Source: Gammaproteobacteria bacterium (lineage in GTDB: Bacteria > Pseudomonadota > Gammaproteobacteria > SZUA-152). Taken from it: a DNA stretch of 64,000 bases. The stretch lies in the NCBI GenBank assembly GCA_029882975.1, contig JAOUJW010000017.1, positions 6,250-70,249 on the forward strand. The letters are read 5' to 3'. Under the pieces are notes generated by a model. It had not been told where the DNA came from. It saw nothing but the letters and a program-made list of their open reading frames with translations, and searched no databases. This document shows positions 1 through 8,578 of the stretch, piece after piece (within the stretch, counting starts at the first letter, position 1; each line of letters opens with the position of its first letter). The translations under genes and the position numbers were made by a program.

Positions 1-1584
1 AATCTTGTATCGACTCCCCTGCTTTACTGGTACTTAAATAACAGGCACCCCGATTTACATAGGCGACGGCAAAATCCGGCTTCAAGCGAATGGCTTCGGT
101 AAAATCGCCAATGGCACCTACCCAATCCTGCAATAATTGCCGCACAGTGCCCCGATTGTTAAATGCCATGAAATAATCTTTCTGAAACCGAATCGCTGTA
201 TCGTAATCCTCTAAGGCTTTATCATGATCACCGACAACCTGGTAAGCAATGGCTCGGTTGAAATAGCCACTGGCATGATCAGGGTTGATGAGCACGGCAC
301 GACTGAAATCGTCTATCGCTCCGGTGTTATCCTTGCGCTCTAATCGGGTGACGCCCCGGTTGATATGGGCGTCAAACTCATTGGGAGAGATTTTGATAGT
401 CTGATTGTAGTCTTCCGCCGCACCGACGGGATCGCCTAACAATTGACGAATCAATCCTCGGTTATAATATGCATCGGCATCATTGTGTGCGACGGTAATT
501 GCGTTGCTGAAATTGTTAAGTGCGCTGCGCAAATCACCTTGCGCGTGATTTAATTTACCCAGATTGTAATAAGCAACATTGAGACCCGGTTCAATTTCCA
601 CCGCCTTGTAGTAATCGACATACGCACCTTTTACATCTTTTAATTCTGCCCGTATATTGGCTCTGTTGTTAAACGCTACAGCATTTTTTCGATCCAACTC
701 AATGGCGCGATTGAAATCCTGTACGGCTTGACTCAAATCACCGGCCAACTGATGAGCAACACCACGATTGCTGTAGATATAGGAACTACGGTTTTGCTCC
801 ATCTGCAACACTTTTGAGAAGTATTCAATTGCCTTACCGGTGTCCATTACGTCCTTCTGCAAGTACAACCAGGCCATACTAAAGTACAATTCCGGGATCA
901 ACTCTAGCGCCTCGGAAGATTTAGCTAAACTCAGCGTCTTATGGTAAAAGTCTAATGCAGTTTCGAAGTGTCCGCCTAAGTAATACACTTGGGCCAAGAT
1001 GAAACTGGCAAATAAATCGGCATGCTTTTGATAATCGGCAAGATTTAACTCCAACAAAGCGGCAGGAGAACGTAGCTGGGTGCGATGCCTTTGTCCTTTT
1101 TCAAACTTAGCGATACTGAACATGTCAACGTGGGGGTGATAGACACTGAGTTGGACAGACTGATCGGATCTCCTACCCCACACCACAATAGCCGCATTAT
1201 ATCTTTGAGCCAAATCTTCCGCAGATTTGGTGTGTAAAACACGGCTCTCACCACGGTAGATAAGCTCCGGTCCGGCCACACCATTGCCCTCTGCCGCACG
1301 AAGTATGGCATTTCCCAATACCTGGCCCAAAGCAACACTGTTGGCATCTACTGTAGTGCCGGTGGAAATCCCGGCCAATACCAAAGGTGTCACCGCTGCG
1401 GCATGGCGCCCGGACTCCGGCGACACCAGGGTATCCGGTATGTTTAATTCCATATCAAAACGACTATACATATAAACGGTTAATGCTGAACACACGAACA
1501 GGACGGGTACCAACAACAGTAACCATTTTAAGGACGGCGGTGAGCGTTTGGTGTGGTAGTCGCTCAGAGAATTGATAGGATCCA
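1..1584 (-). CDS. TPR-repeat protein with N-terminal membrane anchor (partial; C-terminus lies beyond window start)
   Basis: ATG at 1584 with an in-frame stop 6 codons upstream. The minus-strand frame stays open to position 1 (MDPINSLSDYHTKRSPPSLKWLLLLVPVLFVCSALTVYMY...). Then repeated 34-aa TPR-like units (…AYYNLGKLNHAQGD…, …AFNNRGTVRQLLQD…, …AYVNRGACYLS…). Absent from the ORF track only because the window edge truncates it. Confidence 0.7.
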
Positions 1585-1737
1585 TAGCGTTATTTTCCCG
1601 CTATGCGGAGAAAATATAAAGTGTGAATAATACCGCGGTCCACTGTTATTTTTATTTTAATAACATACAGTTAGGATTGAGCACCGATTTTTGCCTATGG
1701 CAGTCCGGAGTGTGACAAAACATCGGGGACCTTTTGA

Positions 1738-4572
1738 TCACATTTCTCCCCAAACAACCGGTTGTGCACCACGGCGGTTGGGGTGAACCTTTTCCCCTTT
1801 TTGTAAAGCCCAGTTAACTGAAGCCTTGACTAACAAATCATTCCCGCAGTTTAAGTAGGCTTCGGCCATATCGAGATTGCCAAGACGATTCAAGGCACTT
1901 ACCAAACTATTGACCATTTCGTCTTTGCCCAGTCCGATAATAGCAAATGCGGCGTTTTCGGCTCTCGCATAGTCGTTCGATTCCAGATCCTTCAATAGCA
2001 CAGCCTCTGTGGTTGGCCAATTTGCCAGTAACTCACCTTTGGCTCGTTTCGCCACTTGAAAGTGCACCAGCTCCTCATCGGATCTTGGTGTCCAGTTTAT
2101 GGAATCGAGCACGATTCCCGCCTGCTTGCCTATATACCAATCCGGCAGTACAGGAATCATATGACTCAGCGCATCTTTGCCCATTTCTTTTATGGCCGCC
2201 GTGGTAGCCAATAATACTTCAGCCTGGTCGTTGAGGTTTTTTTCCTGTTTGGATTCTTCCATATACTGTAACAAAAAAGGAATGGAACGCGGATCCCGCA
2301 GCCCCCCCAGTGTTCTGGCTATCTGTAATTTAACCGGACTGTCCTGTTTGGACATTTCCTGCATAAGTGCATCCACAGCAGCCTGCCCCACATCCAAGCA
2401 TTTACTCCATTCGCGATTAATAACGCAGGACCAGCCTTGCTGCTTTTCGTCTTTAGGTTTCCAATCCATACTCAACAGTGCTTTGCCGGCGGCCACACGA
2501 ACGCGATTCACTTCGTCGGATTCCACCCGTAACAACAACGCATCAACTGCTTGCCGGCTACCTATCTTGCCCAGAGATTCTGCAGTTTTTTCTCGAACAC
2601 CTTCATCAAAATCGCTTAAGGCTTTGACCAATAAATCGGCGCTACGAGGGTCTTTGGCATCACCCAATACTTCCACGACTGCCGTTCGCACTTTAGGATC
2701 TTTATCATTTATAACATCCATCATGGGTTCAATCGCTCGATGATCCTGGAAAGCCCCCAGAGTTTTGACCACATATTCGCGCACGTGGGCATTGTTGGAT
2801 TTCAGCGCATGAACCAAAGGCGCAATGGCTTTGGGATCTTTAATTTTTTTCAAGGCTTCGGCGGCCGCTTCGCGCACATCAGCTTCCGGGTCCTCCAGTG
2901 CCTGTATCAACGGAATGGTGGCTTTCGGATTTTTCATTTCTCCCAAAAGGCGTGCCGCCACCACCCGGACATTGCGATTATTATCGCCCAATGCGGATAT
3001 GATGGGATTCAGCACTTTACTCCCGCCTGCCTTACCTACCGAATCCAGTTCTTTCTGTAATACGACGCTCGCCTCTTCGCGTACTTGTTGACTGCTGTTG
3101 TCTAATGCCAACATGAGAGCGGGTATAATTCCAGCGCTTTTAATCCGGCCCAAGGCTTTCACGGCTGCCAAGCGTACCGATTCGGATCCATCCTGCAGTG
3201 CATCAGACAGCGGTTTAACAGCATCCTCGTCTTTGATAGCCGCCATAGTCTCGACGACGCGAATTTTAATATTCGAATCTATGCTGTCAGATTGTAGTTG
3301 CTCTGCCAGAGGGGCGATGGCAATGTTACCCAAGGCAATACATTGATCCCATTTTCTTTGCGAAACGCAAAACAGGGCTTTTTGCCGGTCATCTCCCGGC
3401 TTCCAGTTCAACTGCTTTAAAGCATCCCCCACTTCTTTGCGTATATCACTATCCGGGTCCGTCATCGCCAGCAACAAGGGCTGGATTGCAATTTTACCCA
3501 GCGCCACACATTTGTCCCATTCCCGTAGCGCAGCACAGTAGCGTGCCTGGTCCATTTCAGATTCCGGAAACCAAAACAACTTACCCAAAGATTCCGCCGC
3601 CGCAAAACGAACTTCCGAATCCTGATCATCCATCGTTTTAATCAGAGGCTTTACCGAATGGGCACTGCCTGCCTCTCCCAGCGCCACAGCAATGCCATAG
3701 CGAATGCGCGGATTGCTATCCGTTAATCGTGTAATTAAGTGTTTAACCGTTTTTAAGTCCGTGAACCGACCCAACGCTATGGCCGCTTCTTCACGGACAT
3801 CCCGACGCTCATGGTTTAATGATTGTATTAGGGGATCCACCGCACGGGGATCATTGATCGCACGAATGGCGGTGCTGGCTGCATCACGTACTGCTTTTGA
3901 ACTGTCATTTTGCGCTTCGATGAGCGGTACAATCGCGGTGTGGTGTTTCAATGTACCTAATAAACGAGCCGCAATACTGCGTATATAGGCGTCTTCATGT
4001 TTTAGTGCAGCTAGAATGGGTTTATGGTGTGACGGATCGTTCATTTGCGCAACAACCGTCACGGCCTGCTGCAAAGCCAGCAAGGCACCGTCGGAGATCT
4101 TAATATCGCCTTCAGTCAGGCCATTAAATAACACATTAAAATAACGCAAATCTCGAGATTTGGTTAAAGACACGACAGTATCATTCAAACTCTTGGATGC
4201 CGACTCGCTGACAAATTTTGCTTCATCACCAAGCGCGCCCAGCAAAGGCTTAACGGCCAAATAATCTTTTAATTTCCCTAAAGACCGAGCCGCGGTTTCT
4301 CGTTCCACCCAACTGCTGGAATGTAAGGCGTCGGATAAGGTTTTTACGGCACGCGGATCTCTAAGACGACCCAAAGATTCCAAAGCCAGTAAACGCTCTC
4401 GCTTGTCGCCCGAATTTGCAATATCAACAATTTGTTCCACATTTCGATTGGATTCATAGCGCTTAATTTTGGTTTTTGTTGCTAATTTTGCCGGGCCGGA
4501 GCCACACGCGGAAAGCAGAAAAACCACACACAGAATCCAAGCAAACTGTACCGTTTGAACCGAACGTGTCAT
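1738..4572 (-). CDS. HEAT-repeat (PBS-lyase-like) lipoprotein, about 945 aa
   Basis: 954-aa ORF. The likely start is the internal MTRSVQTVQFAWILCVVFLLSAC, giving a signal peptide plus lipobox (LLSAC). The body is dozens of ~30-aa units of the form D..VR..AA.ALG.I.D..A..PL. Four internal copies of a W-K-P-x-D...C...REW-x-K-C motif. Confidence 0.75.
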   Translation of the reverse strand: MTRSVQTVQFAWILCVVFLLSACGSGPAKLATKTKIKRYESNRNVEQIVDIANSGDKRERLLALESLGRLRDPRAVKTLSDALHSSSWVERETAARSLGKLKDYLAVKPLLGALGDEAKFVSESASKSLNDTVVSLTKSRDLRYFNVLFNGLTEGDIKISDGALLALQQAVTVVAQMNDPSHHKPILAALKHEDAYIRSIAARLLGTLKHHTAIVPLIEAQNDSSKAVRDAASTAIRAINDPRAVDPLIQSLNHERRDVREEAAIALGRFTDLKTVKHLITRLTDSNPRIRYGIAVALGEAGSAHSVKPLIKTMDDQDSEVRFAAAESLGKLFWFPESEMDQARYCAALREWDKCVALGKIAIQPLLLAMTDPDSDIRKEVGDALKQLNWKPGDDRQKALFCVSQRKWDQCIALGNIAIAPLAEQLQSDSIDSNIKIRVVETMAAIKDEDAVKPLSDALQDGSESVRLAAVKALGRIKSAGIIPALMLALDNSSQQVREEASVVLQKELDSVGKAGGSKVLNPIISALGDNNRNVRVVAARLLGEMKNPKATIPLIQALEDPEADVREAAAEALKKIKDPKAIAPLVHALKSNNAHVREYVVKTLGAFQDHRAIEPMMDVINDKDPKVRTAVVEVLGDAKDPRSADLLVKALSDFDEGVREKTAESLGKIGSRQAVDALLLRVESDEVNRVRVAAGKALLSMDWKPKDEKQQGWSCVINREWSKCLDVGQAAVDALMQEMSKQDSPVKLQIARTLGGLRDPRSIPFLLQYMEESKQEKNLNDQAEVLLATTAAIKEMGKDALSHMIPVLPDWYIGKQAGIVLDSINWTPRSDEELVHFQVAKRAKGELLANWPTTEAVLLKDLESNDYARAENAAFAIIGLGKDEMVNSLVSALNRLGNLDMAEAYLNCGNDLLVKASVNWALQKGEKVHPNRRGAQPVVWGEM

Positions 4573-4924
4573 TCCCTTAAGCTGTAATGCGAACCTCAAC
4601 AATCTGTCCCCCTATCAATTCAGATCCCCGGTGTGAATACTCATTGCGAATTCGGAAAAACTGCCAGGACAACTGGAACAGGCCACCGGCCAACTCTCGC
4701 GGTAGCCAATTAATGATGTCTGTGAAATTGGTGGAGCTTATAGGAACAATCGAGTCACCCTGAATGCGCCTACATCCTGCATCGATCCCCGAACAGAACG
4801 GCTCCTAAACTGAGTATGCACGTTGGCACATTATAAAACAATAAGTTACAAATGCAAAAAAACTACTTCAAACTTCACGAAAATAGTTTTATCCAATTGT
4901 TTTTAATAGTCTTTTTTACCTCGA

Positions 4925-6700
4925 TTACGGGCTTTTCGGTGATTTGACCGGTTGACTTCCGGCACTGTTGCCCGGGATCTCCAATACCTGTTGCAATTGA
5001 GATTTCTCCTCAGCCAGTTTCAAAACCCGTAAAATCCGACTTTGCAAATCGGCAACGACCTGACGAATCTCGCAATCTTTAAACAATCCGTTTCTATACC
5101 AGAACAAGGCTTGTTTGTAATCAGCATCAACCAATATACCGTTTTCGTACATATCGCCAATTTCCCGATCGGCAACACAGTTACCCAGATCCGAAGCCAG
5201 CAAAAACCATTTTAGTGCTTCTGCACGCGTTTGCTCCAAGCGGGTATCGTCCAACTTTGCTTTAGCAAGGCGTTTGTACCTGGAAGCATTCATCAACGCT
5301 GAAGAAGCCCGCTCACGCTCATCACTCTGTCCATACATCAAGGGATGTTCTTCTTTGAAACGACCTAATTTTTCGTATTGTTGTGACCAGTAGCCCTGAT
5401 TATACATTTGCGACAACGTACGATGAAACACCGGCCACAAACGTTTGCTCTGTGTTTTGTCCAGTTTTTCGGCATTGATAATCCAATCGCGCTTGAATGT
5501 GTTCCAATTCATGGATGCCGGCCATTTCGCTGTGGGAACCTTGTTTCGATAAAACCATTGACGCTTATTAATAAAAACGTCCCGCTCATCAACCAACATT
5601 AATGAAATCAAATGGGGATCCTGACATCTCGACTTTATAAAACCCAGTTCGGATTCCACCGCTTTCAATGCCTCGGATTCCGGGTTGTAGTTGTTATAAT
5701 CCATCCCCAAAATGTTGAGCTGCGTCCTTGCCAGCCAGTAACGCAGACGGCATTCTTGCGCCAGTGGAATATTGTTTTTTGAAATAGCCAGTTGAGTGCG
5801 TATCGTTTCCAAGGAGCGGGTGTATTGGACTTGCAGTAATTTAGCCTCAGCGGGACGTACAGAAATCCGTTGTTGAAAGTCCAGCACCTCGCTTATAGAG
5901 AAGGCACTGAGATTGTTAATAATCATTGTCTCCACAATATCCCCAACGGCTGCCATGCTCGGTTCCTTGGTAGCAGTCGCATCCTTGGGTTTGTCGGTGT
6001 CCGCGCCGGTCTTAACGGCGTCGGGTTTTGTGATTTCGGGTTTACCTATGGCGGAGTTTGCATCCGGAGTGTCTGGCCCGGCTTCAACAACACCCGCATT
6101 GTTGTTTGTAATTGCACTGGTTTGCATGGTAATGGAAATTTCCCCACCTTCCAGAACCTTGAATAAGGGACGGGATATGACTTGCGTTTGGTACCCGGTT
6201 TTAACAAACACGTAAACCACCGGTGGCGGCCCCACTCGCACTGCCCGATGTAAACTGTTCGTCTCCAAACGTTCAAATACCTTACCCTCGCTATTGCTAA
6301 TCCCTACCACACGAACGCGATCATCGGGGGTATGAATCAAAAAATCCCACTGAGCCGCCGGATTCATTTGCAACAAATATAACAAGCCCGCTTCTGCCAG
6401 CGTTTTGTTGGGTTTGTTCACGGTATATTGGCCGGATAAGTCCATCAGCCGTGAACTGATGATCAATACACCCGGAAGTGCTTTGCCGTCAGAGCCTGTA
6501 ACACGAAGGACAGCATCACCTTGGCGTGAGTTTTCCGGGCTGGGCACCACTTTTCGTTGCTCTACCTCTGTGGTTTCCTCGGAGGTATCTCCCGGCTCCT
6601 CGGTGGTGGCACAGGATACCAGCGTTACTATAATAGCCGTCGACCACAGAGTGAGGAGTAGTCTGCAAGTCCGGCTTTTTATAAGGTTGATCAAACTCAT
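4925..6700 (-). CDS. Lipoprotein with C-terminal Sel1-like repeat region
   Basis: 591-aa ORF with an N-terminal signal and lipobox (IIVTLVSCATT). Acidic/Thr-rich linker. The C-terminal ~120 aa have Sel1-type repeats (…LGNCVADREIGDMYENGILVDADYKQALFWYRNG…). Confidence 0.6.
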   Translation of the reverse strand: MSLINLIKSRTCRLLLTLWSTAIIVTLVSCATTEEPGDTSEETTEVEQRKVVPSPENSRQGDAVLRVTGSDGKALPGVLIISSRLMDLSGQYTVNKPNKTLAEAGLLYLLQMNPAAQWDFLIHTPDDRVRVVGISNSEGKVFERLETNSLHRAVRVGPPPVVYVFVKTGYQTQVISRPLFKVLEGGEISITMQTSAITNNNAGVVEAGPDTPDANSAIGKPEITKPDAVKTGADTDKPKDATATKEPSMAAVGDIVETMIINNLSAFSISEVLDFQQRISVRPAEAKLLQVQYTRSLETIRTQLAISKNNIPLAQECRLRYWLARTQLNILGMDYNNYNPESEALKAVESELGFIKSRCQDPHLISLMLVDERDVFINKRQWFYRNKVPTAKWPASMNWNTFKRDWIINAEKLDKTQSKRLWPVFHRTLSQMYNQGYWSQQYEKLGRFKEEHPLMYGQSDERERASSALMNASRYKRLAKAKLDDTRLEQTRAEALKWFLLASDLGNCVADREIGDMYENGILVDADYKQALFWYRNGLFKDCEIRQVVADLQSRILRVLKLAEEKSQLQQVLEIPGNSAGSQPVKSPKSP

Positions 6701-6885
6701 AGTTCCTGCGCGAAAAATCCGATTTGGCTAGCCCCGATTATAACCGATACAGCACAATCGTGCAGACTGCTGTTTCTCCCGGATAGAGAAAACAACCGTA
6801 TTGAACTGAAGTTTGCGATTATTGTCAAAGGACACCGCGAGGTCCAGACGGTACCTCGCGAAACTTGGCGCTGGTCAGGGAAAGT

Positions 6886-7926
6886 TTAGGTGGGAGGAGT
6901 TTTAGCCTGATCTTTGACCTGTTCATACCACAGATCATGATGCTGTTTAACCCAATTACTGTCCACTTCTCCACTTACCATGGCATCCAAAGCCCCCTCG
7001 ACGCCAACTGAGGCTAAATAGACGTGGACAAAGAAAAATCCTATGACAACCACTGCGCTAATACTGTGAACCCAGTGGGCGTCCTGCATTAATACGCGTC
7101 CTTGTTCAAAATTTGGAAAGTCCAACACCAAACCACTGCCACTCAAAACCAAGCCGCCTAATACTGCCACCCAAAACCAGGCTTTTTGACCGGCATTGAA
7201 TTTACCGGAACTGGGGTGTTCCCCGCCCAGATAGCCTCCTGCTTTAGCGAACCACGCTCCGTCCACCTTCATATTAAACACACTGTCTTTGACAAAATAC
7301 AAAAACAGTAAGATAACAGCAATGATAAATACCGGACCCAGATAGTTGTGCAACAACTTGCATAACGTGGCGGTAACCGCAAAACCTTCCGGACCCAGTA
7401 TGGGAATCAAAACCCAACGACCATACAGCAAAATTAAACCCGTTAACGCCAAAATGACAAACAAACCGGCAGCAAACCAATGAACATAGCGTTCGGCTTT
7501 TGTGGTTCTTTGGATGGTACTACCGGTTTTGGAACCTTGGATTTTTATTTGACCCACGACCAGATAGTACACTACAAACGCCAGGATAATCGCACTGAAA
7601 ATTATACTGCTGTAAGGCACCAAGGTATCTGACCGATACTGACGCCACTCTTCGCCCTGCGTGCTGATGAGGACACCCCGCTCGATGCCCTGGATCTGAG
7701 TCTGTCCTTCTACGGCACCATCACGTTGGCGTATATCACGCCAAAGTTGAGCACCCGGATTGGGATTGGTAACTCCCTCTGTCACGGCTTCTATGGCGTA
7801 GGGAATTAAAGGCAGTATAGCCAGACACATCATCACTAAAAATGTGTTACGTATTACTCTCCGTGAGAGACCTTTACGCCTGATACCTTTATCGGGCGTA
7901 CGATTCACTTCACTCATTGTATGCAT
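6886..7926 (-). CDS. fdhC: Formate dehydrogenase gamma subunit (cytochrome b556, FdnI/FdoI family) with ~140-aa N-terminal extension
   Basis: The C-terminal 200 aa carry four TM helices with conserved His (…RYVHWFAAGLFVILALTG…, …QKAWFWV…, …HWVHSISAVVVIGFFFVHVYLA…) typical of the FDH-N cytochrome b subunit. Lies immediately downstream of the alpha and beta genes. Confidence 0.8.
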   Translation of the reverse strand: MHTMSEVNRTPDKGIRRKGLSRRVIRNTFLVMMCLAILPLIPYAIEAVTEGVTNPNPGAQLWRDIRQRDGAVEGQTQIQGIERGVLISTQGEEWRQYRSDTLVPYSSIIFSAIILAFVVYYLVVGQIKIQGSKTGSTIQRTTKAERYVHWFAAGLFVILALTGLILLYGRWVLIPILGPEGFAVTATLCKLLHNYLGPVFIIAVILLFLYFVKDSVFNMKVDGAWFAKAGGYLGGEHPSSGKFNAGQKAWFWVAVLGGLVLSGSGLVLDFPNFEQGRVLMQDAHWVHSISAVVVIGFFFVHVYLASVGVEGALDAMVSGEVDSNWVKQHHDLWYEQVKDQAKTPPT

Positions 7927-7956
7927 GCCTGTCCACCCTTATGTCCGTTCCAGCCC

Positions 7957-8544
7957 TTATTTTCCTTTATAAGCGATACCCCAGCCCCAGGCGCCTGTAC
8001 CGGCACCCCGATAGGTAACACGCTCTCTGTAAACATCCGATACTTTGTCGCTGTCTCCGGCCAATAACGCTTTGGTTGCACACATTTCAGCACAAATGGG
8101 TAACTTACCTTCACTAAGGCGATTGCGACCGTACTTTTTATGTTCCGCATCGGAATGGTCAGGCTCTGGTCCTCCGGCACAAAAAGTACATTTGTCCATT
8201 TTTCCGCGTGACCCGAAAGCCCCGTCCCCGGGAAACTGTGGCGCACCGAACGGGCAAGCGTAAAAACAATAACCACAGCCTATACACAGATCTTTGTTGT
8301 GCAGTACCACACCATCATCCGTGGTATAGAAACAATCCACCGGACAAACGGCAGCACAGGGCGCATCCGAACAATGCATGCAGGCCACCGAAATTGAGCG
8401 CTCACCGGGGGAACCGTCATTGATAGTGACCACTCGACGCCGGTTCATACCCCACGGCACTTCATGTTCATTTTTACATGCGGTTACACAGGCATTACAC
8501 TCAATGCACCGTCCGGCGTCACACAGAAATTTCATTCGAGCCAT
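7957..8544 (-). CDS. fdhB: Formate dehydrogenase iron-sulfur (beta) subunit, four [4Fe-4S] ferredoxin motifs
   Basis: 195 aa with CIECNACVTAC, CMHCSDAPCAAVCP, CIGCGYCFYACP and CTFC…C…C motifs. Positioned between the alpha and gamma genes. Confidence 0.9.
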   Translation of the reverse strand: MARMKFLCDAGRCIECNACVTACKNEHEVPWGMNRRRVVTINDGSPGERSISVACMHCSDAPCAAVCPVDCFYTTDDGVVLHNKDLCIGCGYCFYACPFGAPQFPGDGAFGSRGKMDKCTFCAGGPEPDHSDAEHKKYGRNRLSEGKLPICAEMCATKALLAGDSDKVSDVYRERVTYRGAGTGAWGWGIAYKGK

Positions 8545-8578
8545 TTCTTATCTCCTCACCCTGATTCCAGACCCAGGT

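Noticed and set aside
1947-3988. Several 80-190-aa plus-strand ORFs (1947-2207, 2177-2743, 2740-3091, 3098-3346, 3704-3988) antisense to the HEAT-repeat gene
   Set aside because: They are entirely embedded in a strongly supported 954-aa gene, their translations are Ser/Ala/Arg-rich low-complexity typical of antisense frames, and none has an RBS.
4603-4924. Possible tRNA or small RNA in the 320-bp spacer between the HEAT and Sel1 lipoprotein genes
   Set aside because: No cloverleaf-compatible stems or T-loop consensus could be found by eye. It is probably promoter and leader sequence.
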